A stretch of DNA of 64,000 nt from Brumimicrobium sp. (lineage in GTDB: Bacteria > Bacteroidota > Bacteroidia > Flavobacteriales_D > Crocinitomicaceae). Positions 55,735-64,000 of the stretch are shown here, piece after piece. Location of the stretch: contig CBFHJL010000001.1 in assembly GCA_965656195.1 (NCBI GenBank), positions 11,715-75,714 of the forward strand, read 5' to 3'. The number at the start of each line of letters is the position of its first letter. The stretch's first letter is position 1. The notes beneath the pieces are model-generated. The model did not search any database and was not told the DNA's origin. It saw only the letters and a list, made by a program, of their open reading frames with translations. Made by a program: the position numbers and the translations under genes.

Positions 55735-58647
55735 ATGTCAGCTTCAAAAGGTAAAAAAAAGAAATCATTGATTAAACGGATCTTTAAATACTTGGTAATA
55801 CTCCTTGTAGTGATCATTACTTCGTTGATACTTATTCCAATCTTTTTCAAAGATGAACTGAAACAACTGGCACTTGATGAGGCGAATAAAATGTTGAATG
55901 CCACAGTTGAAGTGGATGATTTTGACCTAACTTTTATATCCACTTTTCCTGATATGACACTTTCTTTCGATGGGGTCAGAATAACGGGGCAAGATAACTT
56001 TGATGGTATCAAGCTGGTTGACCTTAAAAGATTAGAAACTGAATTAGGTTTCTGGAGTGTTATAGATATGGAGAACATTGAAGTGCGTTCCATTAAACTG
56101 ATTGAACCTAAGATTCATGTTAAAGTTTTAGAAAACGGTCTTTCCAATTATGATATTATGAAAACCTCTGAGGAGTTAGCTGCTGAAGAGGTGGATACAA
56201 CTTCGTCAGCTTTTAAACTTGGTCTAAATCACTATGAGATTGAAAAGGGACATATTGTGTATGAAGACCAACTTTTCCCGATGTATGCTGAGATTGTAAA
56301 CCTTAATCATAAAGGTACTGGTGATTTAACGGCAGAGGTAATTGATTTTTCTACTACAACTACAATGGATCAATTGACGTATGAAATGGACGGAATTTCC
56401 TACCTGTCATCAGTAAAAACTGACCTTGACATGGACTTAAAAATGACGTTCACAGATGAAAGCAGTCGATTCGAATTGAAAGAGAATAAACTTTCATTGA
56501 ATACTTTAACTACTTCTTTTGACGGTTATTATGAAATGTTTGAGGGATATGATGACATGGATTTAACCCTGAATGCGGAAAAAACAAGCTTCAAAGATCT
56601 TCTTTCGTTAATTCCTGCTTTCTATTATACCGGGTACGAAAGTATGGTAGCATCTGGAGAGATGAGTTTAAACGGGTTTGTAAAAGGACAAATGGATGCC
56701 TCAAACCTTCCTGCTTTTGATTTTGGTACTAGAATCACAGGGGCTTCGATCAATTATCCAGATATGCCTTCATCTATTGACAATATTGCTGTTGTTGCAG
56801 GAGCTAAGTTTCCTGGAGGTTCAAGCATGGATGCAATTACTGTCGCTGTCGATCAGTTCAAAGCTGCATTTGTCGGAAATACAATTGACGCTAATTTCTA
56901 TATGAGTAATCCAATGACAGATCCTTATATGCGATCTAAAGTTTTAGCGAATGTTGATCTTTCTACTTTAGGAAAGGTAATTCCATTAGGTGAGAATGAA
57001 GAGTACAACGGTAAATTGACATCAGATCTTAAAGTGGACGGTAGATTGTCTACACTTGAGAAAGAGGAATATGAGAAATTCAATGCGGAAGGTTCGTTAA
57101 GACTTGAGAAGTTCCATTATGATTCGGATGATCTTCCTGCAGCGGTGGATGTAGAAGATATGTTATTCGAGTTTTCTCCACAAAAGTTGAACCTTGCTAA
57201 TTTAAAAGGTAAAATGGGAGCAAGTGACTTTACGATGAGTGGGGATGTCGAGAACTACATGGCCTATGCTTTCAATGAAGGAGACTTAAAAGGAACTTTT
57301 GATTACCATTCAGACGTTTTAAATATCGATGAGATCATGCCGGCATCCGAGGAGGCTCCTGCACAGGGTGAATCCGCAGAGGAATCAACTGGTGAATCTG
57401 CAAGCGCATCATCTTCGGAAAGTGAAGAACCGATTTTGATTCCTGCAAATATTGATTTCACGATGACCACAACCGTTGATGAATTGATTTATGATGGATT
57501 AGATGTGAAGAAGATCAATGGAATGGTTTATTTAAGAAATGAAGAAGCTGTACTGGAAAATCTTTCCATGAATACGATGGGAGGAGAAGTTGGTTTAAGT
57601 GGAAAGTACAATACGCAAAACCACTCAAAACCAATGATGGATTTTGCATATAGTTTAAAGTCTGTTGATATTAATGCATTGGCAACAAACTTCCTTACGA
57701 TTGAGAAACTAGCTCCAATTGCTAAACATGCTCAAGGTAAGATTACATCTGATTTCAAAATGTCAAGTGAAGTCACTCCATCGTTTGAGCCTGTTTACAG
57801 TTCACTGAATGGTGACGGAACCTTATTTACAGATATGGTTAAGCTTGAAGGTTACAAGCCATTAGATAAGTTAGCAGAGGCGACTAAGATCAATAAGTTA
57901 AGTGATCAAACATTGGAAAATATTAGAGCTTCTTTTGCATTTGAAGATGGAAAAGTTCGAGTGAAGCCGTTCAAGATCAAACTAGCAAAGAATATCGCGA
58001 CTGAAGTGAGTGGAACAACATCTTTCTTACAAGAAATCGATTATAAATTGGAGATGAATATTCCTAAGGAAGAAATCCCAGGAGAAGTGATGAAACTTGC
58101 TGAGCAAGCAATCAAAAAAGTAAAAAATATCCCTGGCTTTGAAATGAAAGAGCTTCCAGCGGAGATCCCGGTAACTGCTTTCGTAACGAATACCATAAAA
58201 GATCCAAAGATCAAGACGAACATGAAAGAAAAGATCATGGAGCTGGCTGGAGACGTAAAAGGTGATATCAAAGATATGATCGACGATAAAGTTGAAGAGA
58301 TCAAGGATACAGTAAAACAAGTTGTCGATGATAAGATCGAAGAAGGAAAAGAAGAGCTTCAAAAGCGCAAACAAAAAATTCTTGATGATGCACAAATGCA
58401 AGCGGATAAGATTAAGTCTGAAGCTAAAAAGTTAGCAGACCAAACTAGAGCAGAGGGTGAGAAGAATGCTCAGAAATTGATCGATGAAGCTGGAAATAAT
58501 CCACTCAAGAAGAAAGCGGCAGAACTTAGTGCGAAAAAGTTACGTGAACAAGCAGAAGATAAGGCTCAGAAAATTGAAAATGAAGCGAATACAAGAGCTG
58601 ATAAGATTATGGCTGAAGCTAGAAAGAAATCGGATGCATTGGAATAA
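55735..58647 (+). CDS. AsmA-family protein with helical repeat C-terminus
   Basis: N-terminal TM anchor, repeated beta-taco segments, C-terminal A..I..EA repeats. Confidence 0.85.
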   Translation: MSASKGKKKKSLIKRIFKYLVILLVVIITSLILIPIFFKDELKQLALDEANKMLNATVEVDDFDLTFISTFPDMTLSFDGVRITGQDNFDGIKLVDLKRLETELGFWSVIDMENIEVRSIKLIEPKIHVKVLENGLSNYDIMKTSEELAAEEVDTTSSAFKLGLNHYEIEKGHIVYEDQLFPMYAEIVNLNHKGTGDLTAEVIDFSTTTTMDQLTYEMDGISYLSSVKTDLDMDLKMTFTDESSRFELKENKLSLNTLTTSFDGYYEMFEGYDDMDLTLNAEKTSFKDLLSLIPAFYYTGYESMVASGEMSLNGFVKGQMDASNLPAFDFGTRITGASINYPDMPSSIDNIAVVAGAKFPGGSSMDAITVAVDQFKAAFVGNTIDANFYMSNPMTDPYMRSKVLANVDLSTLGKVIPLGENEEYNGKLTSDLKVDGRLSTLEKEEYEKFNAEGSLRLEKFHYDSDDLPAAVDVEDMLFEFSPQKLNLANLKGKMGASDFTMSGDVENYMAYAFNEGDLKGTFDYHSDVLNIDEIMPASEEAPAQGESAEESTGESASASSSESEEPILIPANIDFTMTTTVDELIYDGLDVKKINGMVYLRNEEAVLENLSMNTMGGEVGLSGKYNTQNHSKPMMDFAYSLKSVDINALATNFLTIEKLAPIAKHAQGKITSDFKMSSEVTPSFEPVYSSLNGDGTLFTDMVKLEGYKPLDKLAEATKINKLSDQTLENIRASFAFEDGKVRVKPFKIKLAKNIATEVSGTTSFLQEIDYKLEMNIPKEEIPGEVMKLAEQAIKKVKNIPGFEMKELPAEIPVTAFVTNTIKDPKIKTNMKEKIMELAGDVKGDIKDMIDDKVEEIKDTVKQVVDDKIEEGKEELQKRKQKILDDAQMQADKIKSEAKKLADQTRAEGEKNAQKLIDEAGNNPLKKKAAELSAKKLREQAEDKAQKIENEANTRADKIMAEARKKSDALE

Positions 58648-58669
58648 AGAACTGATTAATCTAAATTTT

Positions 58670-58700
58670 AAGACCTCAGTTAATTTCTGAGGTCTTTTTT
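58670..58700 (+). terminator. Intrinsic terminator after asmA
   Basis: AAGACCTCAG-loop-CTGAGGTCTT then a T run. Confidence 0.85.
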
Positions 58701-58712
58701 ATTTCTACAAAT

Positions 58713-59072
58713 ATGAAAGGTCTAATCTTAGGGATTTTAAAAGTAATTTCGATGATTGAAGAATTAAGAGGATATAGTTATAGGTTCGCAAGTCTCTATC
58801 TTTTAATGTTCTTAGGACCAATACTGCCTGGTATGATTTATTATTCATCTAGTGAGAATGGTGTTTTTGATGCTTTCATGTTTTACTTTATCTTTTATTT
58901 TACTACTACTTTGATTCTGGTTTTTACTCTTATGAAAAAGAGTCAATCCATAGACACCAAGGATTATATAGGTATGACATCTGACCTTGCATTTTCACGA
59001 TTAATACTAGCTATGTTTATATATGGAGGGTTACATTTTGGTCTTTTCAATGCAATCTATTTTCTGCTGTAA
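58713..59072 (+). CDS. Hypothetical membrane protein
   Basis: Three hydrophobic segments; no motif recognised. Confidence 0.55.
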   Translation: MKGLILGILKVISMIEELRGYSYRFASLYLLMFLGPILPGMIYYSSSENGVFDAFMFYFIFYFTTTLILVFTLMKKSQSIDTKDYIGMTSDLAFSRLILAMFIYGGLHFGLFNAIYFLL

Positions 59073-59219
59073 TAATCATTTTTCGTTATTACTTAATATC
59101 TCTTGATCCAGCACCTTCCAAGCCCACTTCCATTAATCCATCACCCAAATCACAACTATTTCACAACAATCGTTATCTTAGCAATCCTTAAATCAAGAAT
59201 ATAAAAAACGAGAAGAAAC

Positions 59220-60632
59220 GTGATAGATAAGATTAAGTTTGGGACCGATGGCTGGAGAGCAATAATCGGAGATACATATACGATAAACAACGTAGCGAGA
59301 GTAGCGGAAGCATCTGCAAAGTGGGTGATGAGAGAAAACCCTAATGCAGCGAGTATTATAATTGGTCACGATTGCAGATTTAACGGACCATTATTCATGG
59401 ATGTTGCGATCAAGGTATTCGTTGATGCAGGTATCAAAGTATACTATGCTGAAGGCTTTGTCTCTACGCCGATGGTGTCAATGGGAGCAAACACGTACAA
59501 TTGTGATTTAGGAGTGGTGTTGACTGCTTCGCATAATCCTCCTTCGTATGGCGGATATAAATTGAAATCAAAAGAAGGTGGACCGTTATCTCCAGAGAAA
59601 GTGCAGGAGGTAGAGGATATGATTGAAGATCAGCCAAAGGCTGGAATTCGTGACATCGACTTATCAGATGCATCGGACAGAGGTTTGATCGTTAAGGTTG
59701 ACCTAGAGAAAGAATATATCGATGCAGTTAAGAAAAGCTTCGATATTGATGCGATAAAGAATTCAGGAATGCGTTTGGCGTATGATGCTATGTATGGTGC
59801 AGGTCAGAATGTACTGAAGCAATTGTTCCCGAAAATGGATTTCTTGCATTGTGATTTCAATCCTGGTTTTATGGGGCAAGCTCCTGAGCCAATAGCTAAG
59901 AACCTCCAGGAACTTGAGGCTTTTATCAAGAAAGAAGGAAATATAGAATCTGCACTTGCTACAGATGGTGATGCAGATAGAATAGGGTTATACAACAAGA
60001 AAGGAGAGTTTGTAGATTCACACCATATCATTCTTTTATTGATTCACTATTTAGTGAAATACAAAGGAATGTCTGGAAAAGTAGTTACTGCATTCAGTTG
60101 TACGCCTAAGATCGAGAAAATGTGTGAGCATTATGGTTTAGAGCACCAAACTGTAAAGATCGGGTTCAAGCATGTTGCGGGAATTATGATCACAGAGGAT
60201 GTGCTGCTCGGTGGAGAAGAATCTGGTGGTATTGCTACCAAAGGACATATTCCTGAAAGAGATGGCATTTGGATGGGAATGATCGTCTGGGAATTCATGG
60301 CGAAATCTGGTAAGTCGCTTGAAGAATTGATCAACGAAGTGTACGAAATTGTAGGTGAATTCAAATTCGAGAGAAGCGATTTACATATCAATGAACAGTT
60401 GAAGCAAGAAATAATAGTGAATTGTAAATCAGATAAATACACTTCTTTCGGTGATTACGAAGTTCAACGTGTAGAAACGATAGATGGATTCAAATTTCAC
60501 TTTCCAAATGACCGATGGGTGATGATTCGTCCTTCTGGAACGGAGCCAGTATTGAGAGTCTATGCTGAGGCGCCAACTATTGAAGAAGTTCGTACAATAT
60601 TAGCGCAAACTGAGCAAGAGATTAAAAAGTAA
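59220..60632 (+). CDS. Phosphoglucomutase/phosphomannomutase family
   Basis: FGTDGWR, TASHNP, DGDADR, GEESGG, RPSGTEP; GTG start. Confidence 0.93.
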   Translation: MIDKIKFGTDGWRAIIGDTYTINNVARVAEASAKWVMRENPNAASIIIGHDCRFNGPLFMDVAIKVFVDAGIKVYYAEGFVSTPMVSMGANTYNCDLGVVLTASHNPPSYGGYKLKSKEGGPLSPEKVQEVEDMIEDQPKAGIRDIDLSDASDRGLIVKVDLEKEYIDAVKKSFDIDAIKNSGMRLAYDAMYGAGQNVLKQLFPKMDFLHCDFNPGFMGQAPEPIAKNLQELEAFIKKEGNIESALATDGDADRIGLYNKKGEFVDSHHIILLLIHYLVKYKGMSGKVVTAFSCTPKIEKMCEHYGLEHQTVKIGFKHVAGIMITEDVLLGGEESGGIATKGHIPERDGIWMGMIVWEFMAKSGKSLEELINEVYEIVGEFKFERSDLHINEQLKQEIIVNCKSDKYTSFGDYEVQRVETIDGFKFHFPNDRWVMIRPSGTEPVLRVYAEAPTIEEVRTILAQTEQEIKK

Positions 60633-60637
60633 AAGTA

Positions 60638-61708
60638 ATGGCAGGAAATAGCTACGGAAAAACGTTTGTGTTGACCACTTTTGGTGAGTCGCACGGTGCG
60701 GCACTCGGAGGAGTGATCGAAGGCGTTCCTGCAAACATTAAAATTAACCTTGAGGAAGTTCAAAAGGAACTCGATCGCAGAAAGCCTGGCCAATCTGCAA
60801 TCGTAACACAACGGAAAGAAGGTGATGAAGTAGAGTTTCTATCTGGATTATTCGATGGTAAAACAACAGGCACACCAATTGGGTTTACGATTCGAAATGC
60901 CAATCAAAAGTCCAAAGATTACGATCATATAAAAGATAAGTACCGACCTTCCCATGCAGATTTCACGTATGACAAGAAATACGAGAATAGAGACTATAGA
61001 GGTGGAGGGCGTTCAAGCGCACGAGAAACTGTTTGTAGAGTAGTCGCTGGAGCAGTAGCGAAGCAAATACTTGCACAAAAGGGAATCGTAGTTGATGCAT
61101 TTGTTTCTGCCGTTGGAGAGATTGTATTAAATGAGAATTTGGCAACCATTGAGCTTCCAAGACAAGAGAATATCGTTCGATGTCCTGATTCAGATGTAGC
61201 AGAAAAGATGATTGACTATCTGAAAGCTGTTCGAAAAGAAGGTGACACTGTGGGTGGAGTGATTTCTTGCCGGGTTCAAGGCGTCCCAGTTGGATTGGGA
61301 GAACCTGTTTTCGATAAGCTTCATGCTGATCTTGGAAAGGGATTACTTTCAATCAATGCAGTTAAAGGCTTTGAATTTGGAAGTGGATTCGAAGGTGCTA
61401 AAATGCGTGGCAGTCAGCACAATGATGAATTCAATACAGACGGTACAACCAAAACGAATTTCAGCGGTGGAGTGCAAGGCGGAATTTCTAATGGCGCAAT
61501 GATTACGATGCGGATAGCATTTAAACCTATTGCTACCTTGATGAGAGACCAGAAAAGTATCGATAATAAAGGTAATGAGGTCACTGTTGAAGGTAAAGGT
61601 AGACACGATCCATGCGTGGTTCCAAGAGCAGTTCCTATTGTTGAATCTATGGTAGCCATAACTATTCTTGATCATTTATTAAGAAATCAAACGACACATC
61701 TAGCATAA
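60638..61708 (+). CDS. aroC: Chorismate synthase
   Basis: [27 protein letters not shown]. Confidence 0.97.
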   Translation: MAGNSYGKTFVLTTFGESHGAALGGVIEGVPANIKINLEEVQKELDRRKPGQSAIVTQRKEGDEVEFLSGLFDGKTTGTPIGFTIRNANQKSKDYDHIKDKYRPSHADFTYDKKYENRDYRGGGRSSARETVCRVVAGAVAKQILAQKGIVVDAFVSAVGEIVLNENLATIELPRQENIVRCPDSDVAEKMIDYLKAVRKEGDTVGGVISCRVQGVPVGLGEPVFDKLHADLGKGLLSINAVKGFEFGSGFEGAKMRGSQHNDEFNTDGTTKTNFSGGVQGGISNGAMITMRIAFKPIATLMRDQKSIDNKGNEVTVEGKGRHDPCVVPRAVPIVESMVAITILDHLLRNQTTHLA

Positions 61709-63096
61709 TGACAAAAAAGAACAAAAAGAAGAAATTAGCACTTCATTGGAAGATTTTAATTGGAATGTTTGCCGGCGTTTTGTTTAGCTTGGTTTTGGTT
61801 AGTACTTCTTGGGGTTCTGATATGATAACGCATAAAGTAGGAGGTAAGGATGTAGAAATTTCTCGAGCGGCACTTTTTGTTAAGAATTGGATTAAACCAT
61901 TTGGTAACATGTTTATCAATGCGCTTAAACTAATTGCAGTCCCATTAATTCTAGCTTCTTTGATCAAAGGTGTATCCGATCTGAAAGATATATCAAAGCT
62001 TTCTAAAATGGGTTTAAGAACTATTCTGACCTACATTACTACAACTGTATTAGCCGTATCCATTGGTTTGGTTATTGTAAATATGATCAATCCTGGAAAA
62101 TCTATTTCAGAAGAGACCCGGAATGATTTGATAGAGAGCTACAGTGGTGATGCTGACTCTAAAATAAAAGATGCTGAAAAACAAAAAGAGTCTGGTCCTC
62201 TGCAAGCATTGGAAGATTTAATTCCAAGCAATATATTTGGGGCTGCTTCTAATAATGGCAATATGCTTCAAGTGATTGTGTTCGCCATCTTTTTTGGAAT
62301 TGGATTGATTCTTATTCCGGCTGATAAGTCAACACCAGTAAAAGCATTTTTCGATGGTTTCAATGAAGTAATTCTAAAGCTAATAGATTTAATAATGCTT
62401 GCAGCTCCCATTGGAGTTTTTGCGTTATTAGCGGGATTAGTGGTAGAATCGCCTAGTCAGGATCTGTTCGTTGCTTTACTCTGGTACGCCGTGAGCGTAG
62501 TGATAGGCTTACTGCTTATGATTGTTTTGTATACTTTGATCGTCTATATTTTTACGGGAAAGAATCCAAAATATTTTTTAGGTGGAATTGCTCCTGCACA
62601 GCTGTTAGCTTTTAGTACAAGTTCTTCAGCGGCAACACTTCCTGTTACGATGGAAAGAGTAGAAGAACATTTAGGTGTCAAAGAAGAAGTTACAAGTTTC
62701 GTTTTGCCAATTGGTGCTACAATTAACATGGATGGAACAAGTTTGTATCAAGCCGTTGCAGCTATTTTCATTGCTCAAGCATTTGGGATGGACCTTTCGA
62801 TGTCAGCTCAATTGGGTATTGTAGCTACGGCAACATTAGCAAGTATTGGTTCTGCAGCGGTTCCTGGTGCCGGAATGGTAATGCTTGTAATTGTTTTGGC
62901 TCAAGCTGGAATTCCGGAGGCTGGATTGGCATTGATCTTTGCAATTGATCGTCCGCTGGATATGTTGCGCACAACTGTAAATGTTACTGGTGATGCAGCA
63001 GTTTCTATGCTCATTGGTAAGTCGCTTGGTAAACTTGGTGAACCAGAAATAAAAGATTGGGATGATAATTATCAGCCAGCTGACACGGACTCATGA
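61708..63096 (+). CDS. Dicarboxylate/amino acid:cation symporter (DAACS/GltP)
   Basis: AFSTSSSAATLP, GATINMDGT, IDRPLDMLRT. Confidence 0.93.
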   Translation: MTKKNKKKKLALHWKILIGMFAGVLFSLVLVSTSWGSDMITHKVGGKDVEISRAALFVKNWIKPFGNMFINALKLIAVPLILASLIKGVSDLKDISKLSKMGLRTILTYITTTVLAVSIGLVIVNMINPGKSISEETRNDLIESYSGDADSKIKDAEKQKESGPLQALEDLIPSNIFGAASNNGNMLQVIVFAIFFGIGLILIPADKSTPVKAFFDGFNEVILKLIDLIMLAAPIGVFALLAGLVVESPSQDLFVALLWYAVSVVIGLLLMIVLYTLIVYIFTGKNPKYFLGGIAPAQLLAFSTSSSAATLPVTMERVEEHLGVKEEVTSFVLPIGATINMDGTSLYQAVAAIFIAQAFGMDLSMSAQLGIVATATLASIGSAAVPGAGMVMLVIVLAQAGIPEAGLALIFAIDRPLDMLRTTVNVTGDAAVSMLIGKSLGKLGEPEIKDWDDNYQPADTDS

Positions 63097-63467
63097 GAGG
63101 TTTGAAATTAATAGATATTGTACTTCAGGGAACGGCTCTAATGATAGGGTTGATGTTTCTATTCGTATTTGGAGGTTCGGGGTATCTATATTGGATTAAT
63201 ATCGGAATTTTAGGCTGGATTGTAATCAGTTCGATATTACACTTTTTAATTGCTAAAAAGCTGAGTACTGGCAGAATAATCTATATTTCGATATACGGTC
63301 TGTCAATTCTTATAGGTGTTATTGCTCATTTCTCGGAAGTAAGTTTTGGAAGAATAAATTTCTATCTTCAACCCCTGTCTTATCTATTCATCCTATTCTA
63401 CTTAGTACTATCGATTACGGAGTATCAGGAATATAGAATTCCTAAAGAGGACACATTAGACTTTTAA
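63093..63467 (+). CDS. Small 4-TM membrane protein (paralog of 43187-43561)
   Basis: KLIDIVLQGT, GILGWIVISSILH, YLVLSITEY; 4-nt overlap with the symporter gene. Confidence 0.7.
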   Translation: MRGLKLIDIVLQGTALMIGLMFLFVFGGSGYLYWINIGILGWIVISSILHFLIAKKLSTGRIIYISIYGLSILIGVIAHFSEVSFGRINFYLQPLSYLFILFYLVLSITEYQEYRIPKEDTLDF

Positions 63468-64000
63468 AGAGCAAATTCTCCTGTGTAACTCATTTCATCT
63501 TTATCTCTTTTACGTTGGAGCATTTTCTTAATTTGCTGATAGTCCAAAAAGTAAACGACTCTTAAAGAAATACTATTGAGTTGATCTGCCTGAAGCGTTC
63601 TTTCAAGATTATTAAGGAATTCAATCTGTGATTCACTGTCTGTTGTGAAGATGTTATTCTTCCACACTAAGTTTAACTCACTGGCTGGTGAGAAGATCCA
63701 TCTGTATACCATGTCTATACTAAACGCATTGAAGCTAGTGTTATATTTAGGAGTACCATCATAGGTTGTTTCATCAATAGATACATCACTTAACGAACCA
63801 TCCAAATTGAGTTCGAAAAAATTGTCGTAATTCACAGTTGACCAATAGTGCCTTAGTCTCATTGTAACTCCTGACTTATTATTGATTGTATACCTAAAGT
63901 CAACTGTGTTGGTTGTAGTTATAACATCTCGCTCCCCGAAAATAGGACCTTCACTGTTTGGTTGATTTCCGATGAATGGAATGGCATAGCCCTGTTGGTT
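63464..64000 (-). CDS. 3' part of a DUF5916-like outer-membrane protein entering from the right edge
   Basis: Frame is open to the window end (NQQGYAIPF..IFGERDV.T..NT..F.YT); NFNAF-like FNAFSIDMVYRW.F.P.SEL.LVWK, SLRVVYFLD. Confidence 0.75.
   Translation of the reverse strand, partial: NQQGYAIPFIGNQPNSEGPIFGERDVITTTNTVDFRYTINNKSGVTMRLRHYWSTVNYDNFFELNLDGSLSDVSIDETTYDGTPKYNTSFNAFSIDMVYRWIFSPASELNLVWKNNIFTTDSESQIEFLNNLERTLQADQLNSISLRVVYFLDYQQIKKMLQRKRDKDEMSYTGEFAL

Noticed and set aside
58027-58401. Long antisense ORFs inside asmA (similar cases inside lpdA, aroC, mnh genes)
   Set aside because: Shadow frames of strongly supported genes; low-complexity translations with no motifs.
59100-59172. 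C/A-rich, G-poor tract between the membrane gene and pgm
   Set aside because: No repeat unit, ORF or stable hairpin found; compositional skew only.
1-64000. CRISPR arrays, tRNA/rRNA genes, IS/transposases, integrases, prophage or defence genes
   Set aside because: No regularly spaced direct repeats, cloverleafs or mobile-element motifs; coding density leaves only short intergenic gaps (largest about 350 bp).

Overview
AT-rich chromosomal segment of a Bacteroidota bacterium. The assignment rests on T9SS C-terminal sorting domains, TAnnTTTG '-7' promoter boxes, the general absence of Shine-Dalgarno sites and Bacteroidota-type gene families; order Flavobacteriales is an inference. Most of it is housekeeping: a complete mnhABCDEFG Na+/H+ antiporter operon, two DEAD-box helicases, tsaC, tag, lolA, ftsK, arginase-argS-glmU-like, lon, rimO, ndh, lpdA, bioB-bioF, asmA, pgm, aroC and a dicarboxylate/amino-acid symporter. 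I found no tRNA, rRNA, CRISPR array, transposase or prophage gene. Two systems stand out. (1) The two mutagenic polymerase genes dnaE2 and dinB are 3.4 kb apart, yet each carries a pair of GATTA-N5-TAATC boxes with the same 8-bp inter-box spacer lying over its promoter; at dnaE2 the pair forms a perfect 36-bp palindrome. This suggests an SOS-like operator different from the Bacteroidota LexA-like boxes I know. (2) An ECF sigma operon encodes a non-FecR membrane-anchored anti-sigma candidate and a secreted, stand-alone GldM/PorM C-terminal (D4)-like domain. Smaller signals are a separate TTTCA-N8-TGAAA operator pair for a GbsR/MarR regulator, a SiaC lacking its phospho-Thr, a 25-residue-repeat protein, a hidden pair of paralogous 4-TM proteins and several apparently leaderless mRNAs. 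All family calls come from motif recognition by eye; no database search was run.
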